64,000 bases of DNA from Methanomassiliicoccales archaeon (GTDB lineage Archaea; Thermoplasmatota; Thermoplasmata; Methanomassiliicoccales; JACIVX01): assembly GCA_038850735.1 (NCBI GenBank), contig JAWCLO010000008.1:10899-74898 (forward strand), in the 5' to 3' direction. Of the stretch, positions 30,805-38,824 are shown piece by piece. Every line of letters begins with the position of its first letter. Within the stretch, counting starts at the first letter, position 1. A model generated the notes under the pieces. The model was not told the origin of the DNA, ran no database searches, and saw only the letters and a program-made list of their open reading frames with translations. Position numbers and translations under genes: made by a program.

Positions 30805-32382
30805 TCAACTATACTGCTGTCTAAGATCAACAATTGACATCATCTTTGGTACAAAACTAAGAGTTCCACTTTCCACAATTTCAACGATTGGTTCCTCAAG
30901 GAGGTCATTTTCGATTCCTGATTTTATCTCTGGTATCTGAACGACTGCGTCCCTGATGTTCTTTTTCCCTTGCTCCTTATCTCCAATGAGCTCCACTTTA
31001 AATCGCAGTCGATCACGGTATCCAGACTTCTCGATATAGACCACATAATTCACCACATTTGGGACGCTAAGAATTGCCTCGTCGAACATGAGTGGAAAGA
31101 TCTTCTCACCCATACCAATCTTCCTCATCATATCAAGTCTGCCCTTAATCTTTCCGATTTTTCCTATGGTTTTCAAACCACAAGAGCAAGGCGGTTCGAT
31201 CACACTTGAAAGGTCGTAGGTCCTGTACCTGATCAAAGGGGTACCCTGATAAGTTAGACTTGTGATGATCAATTCTCCCGGCTTTCGTGAATCTACGTGT
31301 TCAAGACTTTGAGAATCAACAGCTTCCACTAAAAAATCAGCATCATTAACATGAAGTCCATCTTGTGCAAAACACTCCACAGTCGTCGCAAGGCCCATCT
31401 CTGTAAGTCCATACTGACTGAGGACCTTGCAACCCCAGGATGATTCGATTTCTCGGCGCATCGCCTCAGGCAACGGTTCTGCTGACAGGATTATAGCTTT
31501 GATGCCAAGCGATCTCAAATCGTATTTTTCCCTAGCTAGCACAGTCACTCTATAAATAAAGGAGGTCAGTCCAATCATCATTGTCGTCCTCGCTTCCTGC
31601 ATGATCTTGATCTGCTCGTCCACATCGAGCATGTCTGCGATAACCGAGTGGAGACCCGCGATCTTGCAGGCACCATCTAGCATATAACCTGGATCCCAAC
31701 TCGCAATGGTCGGAAACATTATCTGGAGCACGTCATTTTCTCGCATGCCCACCGTCTTGAGGGCAGCAGAGATAGAATCAATGATTCTGAGGATATCATC
31801 TCTGGTGAAGAATATCCTTTTTATCTGGCCTGAAGTGCCCGAGGTGGTGAAGGCACGCATCACCTTGCCTTGAGATACACAAAGGAAATGATTGGGCTCC
31901 TTGGCAACTTCCGCCGGTTCTGTAATAGGTACTTTTGTGAGGTCCTCATAACTCTTGATTTTCTTAGGCTCTATGTTCAATTTATTCAAGACACTTTTAT
32001 AATAGACGCTATTCGCCATGACATACTCTAACTGCTTTCTGAAGCGATAAATCTGGTATGTTCGAACATCATCCCTTGAGACCTCATCGAGACGGTTTTT
32101 ACCAAGGATTTCCTTAAACTCAGAGCTGTGCTTCAATTCCTTTTTTATCTGATTGTGAATCCATTCCTCGAGAGGGTACTTTGATTCTGAGGAAATATTT
32201 CTTGAGGAAAGATGCCGCCGAGCAATGGCGATTTTCCACTTATTCAGCACATTCACGTGGCCATGATATAAAGTCGCAAATATTAATGCTTTTGAGAACG
32301 CACCAGAGGAAAAGTTACCTCTCTTGTGCAATATCAATAATGCCCAATTTCTTTTAAAGATTGTCAAATTGATCATCGACAA
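30805..32382 (-). CDS. Adenylate-forming enzyme, phenylacetate-CoA ligase / coenzyme F390 synthetase family (N-terminus uncertain)
   Basis: TSGTSGQ AMP-binding motif and PaaK-like overall layout. The listed start gives an unusually long N-terminal extension of about 100 aa. Confidence 0.7.
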   Translation of the reverse strand: MSMINLTIFKRNWALLILHKRGNFSSGAFSKALIFATLYHGHVNVLNKWKIAIARRHLSSRNISSESKYPLEEWIHNQIKKELKHSSEFKEILGKNRLDEVSRDDVRTYQIYRFRKQLEYVMANSVYYKSVLNKLNIEPKKIKSYEDLTKVPITEPAEVAKEPNHFLCVSQGKVMRAFTTSGTSGQIKRIFFTRDDILRIIDSISAALKTVGMRENDVLQIMFPTIASWDPGYMLDGACKIAGLHSVIADMLDVDEQIKIMQEARTTMMIGLTSFIYRVTVLAREKYDLRSLGIKAIILSAEPLPEAMRREIESSWGCKVLSQYGLTEMGLATTVECFAQDGLHVNDADFLVEAVDSQSLEHVDSRKPGELIITSLTYQGTPLIRYRTYDLSSVIEPPCSCGLKTIGKIGKIKGRLDMMRKIGMGEKIFPLMFDEAILSVPNVVNYVVYIEKSGYRDRLRFKVELIGDKEQGKKNIRDAVVQIPEIKSGIENDLLEEPIVEIVESGTLSFVPKMMSIVDLRQQYS

Positions 32383-32412
32383 TTCTAAAACTTCATTGAT
32401 GAATTGTCAAAT

Positions 32413-33189
32413 ATGCCAAACGAAAAGAAGTGGACATCCATCTGCTCGGAGCTTAAAAAAGTCCTCATTCTTAATAGTTCACCGATAGGCATCAAGATGT
32501 TGCGAGAAGCACGGGACTTGCTGATGTTCCAGGGTATTAAGATCATGACAAGAACAGCTCCATGCCATATGGCCGCAATCGCCAGATATTATGGGGAAAA
32601 TGGAGTCATTGGCGCATCATCTGAAGGTATTAGATGTGTACTTGGGGCAGCTTGTATTGGTCTGATAAAAGCACCAGATCGCGTTTCAAGCGGCATACTT
32701 AATATTCCATTCGTTAGAGATGCATTAGCAGCAGAAAACTTGCAGAAATCGATTAAGATGCTCGGTCTTGATTCGAAGAAATACAGTGCCTTGATGATGG
32801 CTCCCCTCGACATCATCTCGACTGACCCAGATGTCATTGTAATTTATGGGACGCCTGCTCAGATGCTGAGGCTGATCATAGGCTCAGCCTACTTGAATGG
32901 CGAAGCTATCTTGGCAAATATGACGGGACAGGGCACACTATGCTCATCGATCGCTAAGGTCCTCACTGGCCAGAAAATTGTCATCGACATTCCCTGCATG
33001 GGAGATCGCACATACGGACTTGTCAAGGATGAGGAGATGGTAGCTGCGATTTCAAGCAGTTTTGTCAGCGACCTTATCGAAGGACTGAGAATGACAGAGA
33101 AATCGGCTTCACTCCCATTTAAGCCATTTTTGAGCTGGCCGGTTGTGCTAACTCCCGATTTTGATATCAGATCAAATGAATTAGGATGA
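32413..33189 (+). CDS. DUF169-family protein
   Basis: About 258 aa. The N-terminal pattern (SPIGIKML) and length resemble DUF169. ATG at 32413 is preferred over TTG at 32404. Confidence 0.5.
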   Translation: MPNEKKWTSICSELKKVLILNSSPIGIKMLREARDLLMFQGIKIMTRTAPCHMAAIARYYGENGVIGASSEGIRCVLGAACIGLIKAPDRVSSGILNIPFVRDALAAENLQKSIKMLGLDSKKYSALMMAPLDIISTDPDVIVIYGTPAQMLRLIIGSAYLNGEAILANMTGQGTLCSSIAKVLTGQKIVIDIPCMGDRTYGLVKDEEMVAAISSSFVSDLIEGLRMTEKSASLPFKPFLSWPVVLTPDFDIRSNELG

Positions 33190-33350
33190 ACGATAAACCA
33201 ACATCTAAGAAAAATGCGAAGCAGAACCGTTTGAATTCGAAGGAAGGTGACCTTAATTCACAGATCTGGTCTAAAATGAGTATCATTCGTCGTTCCCTGC
33301 CGAGAATTTAAATACGAGCATGGTTCTCAGCAGAAAAGGAGGATGAGGAG

Positions 33351-33656
33351 ATGGTATTGACTCCGCATATGAGGCAACTCGGTGTTACTCCAGATCTCTT
33401 GAAGACAACAAAGAGGGTAACTTGTCCTCGGTGTGGTCGTGAATTCAGCCTCTTTCAATCCAGAGCTATCGCCTGTAGAGGGTGCAGAAGGGCAGCGACG
33501 ACGTGCGAGCTGGCACGATGCCCATTTTGTGATTTCGAATTTCCACTGCAACAGCTCATTGTTTCGAATCAGCAAAGGCAGCGAGAAATCTCAGCCTACA
33601 TGAACAAAATCGTTAGTGATTATCATCATAGCGTTGGAAAGAAAACCTCGCGTTAA
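33351..33656 (+). CDS. Small cysteine-rich zinc-ribbon protein (hypothetical)
   Basis: CPRCG, CRGC and CPFC knuckles. It converges on, and overlaps by 4 nt, the radical SAM gene. Confidence 0.35.
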   Translation: MVLTPHMRQLGVTPDLLKTTKRVTCPRCGREFSLFQSRAIACRGCRRAATTCELARCPFCDFEFPLQQLIVSNQQRQREISAYMNKIVSDYHHSVGKKTSR

Positions 33657-35020
33657 CCTTTTCCATATTTTGAGAATATCTCATGCCGATAGAGCGTCTT
33701 TCCCGTGATGCTGTTTATGTTGAAAAGACAGAAGGGGATCAACCGACCATCCGGCGTGACCGTGTGGATACAACAATTTTTCAATCGCTCCGTTTCGACA
33801 TTCCATACATCCTGAAATGGCATCGTTGAGACTGTGAGATAGTGAGTTTTCGCACGCTGAATGAAACCCATCCATGTACCATCAAGATCTTCTTCGCTGC
33901 TGCTGGCCAAGGAATCTTCGATGTATCGCCATAAATCACATATTTCCTGCCTCGTTTTTCTTGCAATTTCGCTCGTTTCTCTTGGAGGGCCGAGTGCTCT
34001 TTGAGTTAATGGGAAGAGTGTACCATCCTCAAGCAGTACAGACATCGACTTTGCGTCGCAGTGAACATTCGCGCAGGATGTTGGAATGAAGTTGTCGGCT
34101 CTCAACTCCCCCTTCGTTTGTTCCTCTATTGCCCTCAATAAGTCCGGCAAAACAACATGGTCTTCTTCGCCGGGAGCTGAGGGATACCTTCCAAAATAAC
34201 TAAGAGGTTGGAAATGCACACCCTTTACAGTGGGTATCCATTTCTTTGCAAATTGAATCACATCGCCGATCTGATGAAAATTAATATCGCGCGATACAAC
34301 TGTTACAAGAGTAACTCCCATTCCCACTTCTTTGCAATTCTCGAGCGCTTTAACTTTTGTGACAAGAAGGTCCCTGCCACAGGTTTTCACAAACACGTCG
34401 CCGGTCACTCCATCGAATGAGAAATAAAGCGAATCAACCCCTGCCTCTTTTATAGCTCGAAGATAACTGATGTCTTCCGCAAGACGTATACCATTCGTAT
34501 TGATCTCTATGTAATCCACTCCCATTTTCTTACCAATCTTGACAATCTCAGGTAAATCGTCTCTAATAGTAGGTTCTCCCCCACTTATTTGGACTGCAAT
34601 AGGATGTTTCACATACTCTATAATGTATCTGAACATTTTCTCTATTTCATCCAGCGATGGATGAAAGCGATAACGCTCGTTTGCACTGGCAAAGCATATT
34701 GGACACCTGAGATTGCACCCATTGGTAACCTCGAGAACCACTAAACAGGTATGCTGAACATGATCAGGACATAATCCGCACACCTCTGGACACATGCCTT
34801 TGTTTTGAATCGCAATTCTCTCTGGTTTTGATTTAACGCATGAGTAACGTTCCAGATCTTTGTAATCAGTTACGCCACGCCAAATGAGAACTTTGTATGT
34901 CCCATGCTCTGGACAAGTCTTCACAAGATACACCTTATCAGACTCTGCAATTTTTTCAGCTGGAATTGTTTTCAGACATACTGGGCAAAGGCTTTCTGTT
35001 TTCCCGATGAGCTCACTCAT
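33653..35020 (-). CDS. Radical SAM protein with an N-terminal zinc-ribbon/rubredoxin-like knuckle (Tes / MJ0619-like family, tentative)
   Basis: CNLRCPIC (CxxxCxxC) radical SAM motif. N-terminal CPVC...CPEHG. 455 aa. Confidence 0.6.
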   Translation of the reverse strand: MSELIGKTESLCPVCLKTIPAEKIAESDKVYLVKTCPEHGTYKVLIWRGVTDYKDLERYSCVKSKPERIAIQNKGMCPEVCGLCPDHVQHTCLVVLEVTNGCNLRCPICFASANERYRFHPSLDEIEKMFRYIIEYVKHPIAVQISGGEPTIRDDLPEIVKIGKKMGVDYIEINTNGIRLAEDISYLRAIKEAGVDSLYFSFDGVTGDVFVKTCGRDLLVTKVKALENCKEVGMGVTLVTVVSRDINFHQIGDVIQFAKKWIPTVKGVHFQPLSYFGRYPSAPGEEDHVVLPDLLRAIEEQTKGELRADNFIPTSCANVHCDAKSMSVLLEDGTLFPLTQRALGPPRETSEIARKTRQEICDLWRYIEDSLASSSEEDLDGTWMGFIQRAKTHYLTVSTMPFQDVWNVETERLKNCCIHTVTPDGRLIPFCLFNINSITGKTLYRHEIFSKYGKG

Positions 35021-35212
35021 ATATACACCGACGGAGGTGCTGTATGGTATAGTTGAATTTCTAATTTTCCAATAAAGAAATTATACTCTATCGATTACGT
35101 AAGATGAAGAACACAAGTATCCGAGATGCATCTAAAATACAATGAAAGATTTACGGACCTTAGATTTCTTTATATGAAAATAGGAGAGGCCGCATACGCG
35201 GCCAAAAAAAAC

Positions 35213-35671
35213 TTAGGCGCGTTTCTTCTCGAAGAGACCCTCAACAGCTGCAAGGGTTTTTGTTGCCAAATACTCTTCAACCCAAGAATCATTGCACTTA
35301 GGACAGACTACGGCGGGACCGTTTCTCGTCACCTGCATATAGGTCATTTCTACATGGCCATACATCGCAGGAGCATTGCAGTGAGCACATACCCAGTCAC
35401 TCTTATCGGTTGCGTTCACGATCTTGCCCAAGGCAAGTCTGTGAGAGTAAGCCGACTTAACAGTTGCATGCTTTCTGATGAGTCCCTTTTCTAGATCATA
35501 ATCCACGTAGATTGTAGCTTCGCCTATTCTTTTCTTTGCAATGTTTCGACCGTTCGCGACTATTTTCTTGTTTGAAGACTCCGCCGTCTCAATGACATCC
35601 TTTACGTCGGCCTCTTTTATACCTCTCTTTGCAATCAATTCCATGACTTCATTTGGTATTGTGATTTCCAT
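35213..35671 (-). CDS. Hypothetical zinc-ribbon protein coupled to the MtaA-like methyltransferase
   Basis: Start at MEITIPN, preceded by GGTGAGGTGA. C-terminal CAHC...CPKC. I recognise no family. Confidence 0.55.
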   Translation of the reverse strand: MEITIPNEVMELIAKRGIKEADVKDVIETAESSNKKIVANGRNIAKKRIGEATIYVDYDLEKGLIRKHATVKSAYSHRLALGKIVNATDKSDWVCAHCNAPAMYGHVEMTYMQVTRNGPAVVCPKCNDSWVEEYLATKTLAAVEGLFEKKRA

Positions 35672-35681
35672 TTCTCTCACC

Positions 35682-36875
35682 TCACCATGTCCCATAAGTA
35701 CCATAGTCCCTGGCCGCTTTAACCAGAGCTAGGAGATTACCGGGAATCGTATACGGCGGCGTCTCACAAGAAGTACCGAGAATGTAGCCCTTCGGGCTAT
35801 CACGACCTGCAAGTATCTGCGCCTTAGCTTGCTCATAGACTACCTTTGGATTGGGATTGATCATGAGCTTGGTATCAACCGATCCCATAATTGTTGTGCG
35901 GTTTCCAAATTCCTCTTTCAGCAGTTGTGACGGGAACGGCTCTTTTCCATAGTACCCTATATGCAGCACATTGAATGGAGACCAGAATAGCGTATCTTTG
36001 AACACCTTGTAATCTGTTTGATGGTTACCGCAGAAGTGATAGAACAGTTGTGGTCCAGCTCCGCCTCTGAATGCTTTGTCGACATAGTACTTCATATAAT
36101 TCGCTGAGTACTCTTTCACTGCTTCATCTGAGAATATATCGTTGTTAGCGAGTACAGACCCTACAATCAGCATGGCCATCCCAAATTCCTGGGCTAACCC
36201 TATCGCACCGTTTACCGAAGTGTCCGTGTACTTCTTAACTAATTTGTGCGCTGCTTCTGGCTCCGTAAATGTCCACATAATAAAGTTTTCTACACCGCAA
36301 AGCTCAGCAGCTGCCCCTACCAAATCAAACCCGTAAGATATAGGTACGAGCGTCATTGGAAGATTCTTCTGCACATATTTGTAAATTCTGATGAACTCAG
36401 GTAGTGTATAACCCTTCTTAAGTTCATCTACGTCTGGCACATGTATACTGTCCACCTGTCCCGGTTCTGAGATAATGGGTCCCGTTGAAACTGGCGGTAG
36501 TGTTTCTTTGTATTCAAGCTTCAATCCCAGTTCACGCACCCACGGCAACGAATAGAACCAGTGCGTCACAGGCAAGAGGTCGTATAAATGCGAAATATAC
36601 CCGACGCAGTGAATTCCTAGTTCTGGCTTCTCGTAAAAGTCCCTGATTGTAAACCCGCATGCCACCGCTGCATGCGATAGTATGATCGGGTCTACGTCAA
36701 TTCTGTCGTGTGGTACGTCAACGAACGGGGAAGCAAATCTCTTCGTGGCATTTGCATGCCATTTCATATCCATTCCTGGAAATAGATCTTCGTAGCCCAT
36801 TGAATACCCCCTGAAAAGATTAGTGCCTTCACGATATTTAAGGATTACTTTATCCGTGATGAAACATTTTTTCAA
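35682..36875 (-). CDS. Uroporphyrinogen-decarboxylase-fold (MtaA/CmuA-like) zinc methyltransferase
   Basis: URO-D-like length (397 aa). HFCGN (H-x-C) and a late GTSCE Cys fit the MtaA-type zinc site. Confidence 0.65.
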   Translation of the reverse strand: MKKCFITDKVILKYREGTNLFRGYSMGYEDLFPGMDMKWHANATKRFASPFVDVPHDRIDVDPIILSHAAVACGFTIRDFYEKPELGIHCVGYISHLYDLLPVTHWFYSLPWVRELGLKLEYKETLPPVSTGPIISEPGQVDSIHVPDVDELKKGYTLPEFIRIYKYVQKNLPMTLVPISYGFDLVGAAAELCGVENFIMWTFTEPEAAHKLVKKYTDTSVNGAIGLAQEFGMAMLIVGSVLANNDIFSDEAVKEYSANYMKYYVDKAFRGGAGPQLFYHFCGNHQTDYKVFKDTLFWSPFNVLHIGYYGKEPFPSQLLKEEFGNRTTIMGSVDTKLMINPNPKVVYEQAKAQILAGRDSPKGYILGTSCETPPYTIPGNLLALVKAARDYGTYGTW

Positions 36876-37314
36876 AAAGGATTGTTAAGATATGTTAATA
36901 TGCAATATTTTTTCAACAATTTCAAAATAAAGCAACAAAGTTGCATATAATTGCTCAACTTCTATTCCTGAGTATTTGTAAGTCCTGCACCTATCCTTTA
37001 TATAATTGGAAACAGCTTGATAAAGAAATAATGTGTAGAAACCACACAGTAAACGAAAGGCATCTTATGCAAATCAATTTGCACCGAGATTGAAAACAGT
37101 GTCTAGTCAATAATAATCCCTGTCAGTATGATGCACAAGAAATCCCTGATAATTCGTACGATGTTTTGGATGCATGTCAGTAATTCACCAAATGACTTTC
37201 ATTATTTAATTTGATAATAAATCAAAAGAAACTGAAAACAAAGAATTGTAAGAACAATTCATCAAATTCTATTGAACAAGGATCTAGATTAATTTAAACA
37301 GGGAAGCATCGAAA

Positions 37315-37764
37315 TCATTCTTCTTTTCTGAAGAGATATCGCCTTGCGAGCTCATCAAAATTCTCAAGTTCACCAGCGCTCAAATCGAAGGAAATACTTC
37401 TCTCTGGAAGAAGATCGTATAATCTGCGTGCTTCTGCTCGCTTCGCCGAATATTTTATCAAAAGCCGTCCTACCCTGTCGAAATCTGCGTACGCATCGAA
37501 GCGCTCTACTGCAATTCTCGCATTGATATCCATCAGTTCCCTGTTTTTGGATCTGATCTCCAAGTTTAATTGCCTAAGCAGTAATTCCATATTTTTCTCG
37601 GAAATGGCACGAGTCCAATTCTCGACAGCTCTTTCCGCTACCTGCAAGCCAACAGTGAAGCACATATTTATACTTTCGATTTTAGATAACTTGCATTTTC
37701 TAGAAACTTGTTTGATAAGATCCTGCAATTCGTCATCAATTGGAATATCGACGGATGCCATCAT
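37315..37764 (-). CDS. Hypothetical protein, N-terminal RHH-like segment plus coiled coil (last gene of the DLP operon)
   Basis: VDIPIDDELQDLIKQVSRKCKLSKIESINMCF resembles a strand-helix-helix. GGGGTG RBS lies 12 nt upstream of the ATG. Confidence 0.5.
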   Translation of the reverse strand: MMASVDIPIDDELQDLIKQVSRKCKLSKIESINMCFTVGLQVAERAVENWTRAISEKNMELLLRQLNLEIRSKNRELMDINARIAVERFDAYADFDRVGRLLIKYSAKRAEARRLYDLLPERSISFDLSAGELENFDELARRYLFRKEE

Positions 37765-37782
37765 CTTATAGACACACCCCTT

Positions 37783-38205
37783 TCAAACGTCGCTGGATTT
37801 GTTTTCCAACACCATTCTCATTCTGTCTACGATCTTCTCAAGCATTTCAAGATGGTATTCTATTATTACTTCGTCGTTCGCATACGTAGCTCTAGCAGAA
37901 CGAATCTCTCGCAATTCATTTAAAGCGATATTAATAGATTTATCAAGTTCGGCTAATCTCATCCTCTTTCCTTCTAGAAATTCTTCTGGTGTAAAACTCG
38001 AAAATAGATTTGATCGATCACCTAAGATTTCTATTGCACCTGCCCTTAAGATAAAGTGTGGCGAAAGATCAAACGGAACGTGCATGCCTAACAAACTGTT
38101 GAACTTAGAAAATGTTTGAACATCCAGGAGAATGCTCACCACATCACCATATGAGCTTTCGCTGACCCTTTCTTTGCGTTTCCCGAAGAAGTTCAATCTC
38201 GCCAC
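37783..38205 (-). CDS. Hypothetical protein (about 136-140 aa), DLP operon
   Basis: ORF with a GGAGGTG motif at its 5' end. The start may be GTG at 38205 or TTG at 38193. No recognisable motif. Confidence 0.45.
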   Translation of the reverse strand: MARLNFFGKRKERVSESSYGDVVSILLDVQTFSKFNSLLGMHVPFDLSPHFILRAGAIEILGDRSNLFSSFTPEEFLEGKRMRLAELDKSINIALNELREIRSARATYANDEVIIEYHLEMLEKIVDRMRMVLENKSSDV

Positions 38206-38257
38206 ACCTCCGTGCTCTTCCCACTTGTGTACTTAAAAAAACGCGTCTGCAGAAACC

Positions 38258-38437
38258 CTACCAAAATAAATTCAAAATCCATCGAAATTCCTTATCCAGA
38301 TCCTCTACTATTTTATTAACACTATCAAGCAATCTATTGAATTCCTCCTCAACATCCTCTCCCGACAGGATTCTCTCCCGTGTCTCCTTGATTTTTCCAA
38401 TAATCAGTTCCCCAGCGGCTTCAACTACAGAGACCAT
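38258..38437 (-). CDS. Hypothetical small acidic helical protein (59 aa), DLP operon
   Basis: The ATG overlaps the upstream stop as TAATG. Confidence 0.4.
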   Translation of the reverse strand: MVSVVEAAGELIIGKIKETRERILSGEDVEEEFNRLLDSVNKIVEDLDKEFRWILNLFW

Positions 38438-38823
38438 TAGGTTCGCCTTGCCCAACCTTTGACGCAGTGAATGAATAATGCAAATGCCTTATCATTATGA
38501 TACGATGCCTGTGAATCATACTTTTTCTCCACATTGTTGGCACTAGCCATCTTTGAAATGCTGTTACAACCATTCTCTAACCCTACTGGACCCACGCATC
38601 GATAAGCCCCATCGTATAATTGATGCATGAGAACCATTCTAGGTGGAAATGGCCACAATCCGATTTCATAGTTCGTTTTCACATTTGACCATTGCTTGCA
38701 AAAGTGCTCATTATGTAAGTGGGAGAAATTTTGATGCATTCTAGACCTTGAAGACCTATTTACTTTTTCCTTGCCTTGATATTTCTCTACTTTCGCTACT
38801 CCAATCTGGAAGATCGATACCAT
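38437..38823 (-). CDS. Hypothetical protein (about 128 aa, His/Cys/Trp-rich), DLP operon
   Basis: The ATG lies 1 nt after the DLP stop (TAAtATG). No recognisable motif. Confidence 0.4.
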   Translation of the reverse strand: MVSIFQIGVAKVEKYQGKEKVNRSSRSRMHQNFSHLHNEHFCKQWSNVKTNYEIGLWPFPPRMVLMHQLYDGAYRCVGPVGLENGCNSISKMASANNVEKKYDSQASYHNDKAFALFIHCVKGWARRT

Positions 38824-38824
38824 A

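Noticed and set aside
36979-36988. 10-nt identity (TAAGTCCTGC) with the anticodon region of tRNA-Leu at 44199-44208, considered as an att-site remnant.
   Set aside because: It is too short to be significant in 64 kb. It matches the 5'/anticodon part of the tRNA rather than the 3' end used by integrases, and the flanks do not extend the match.
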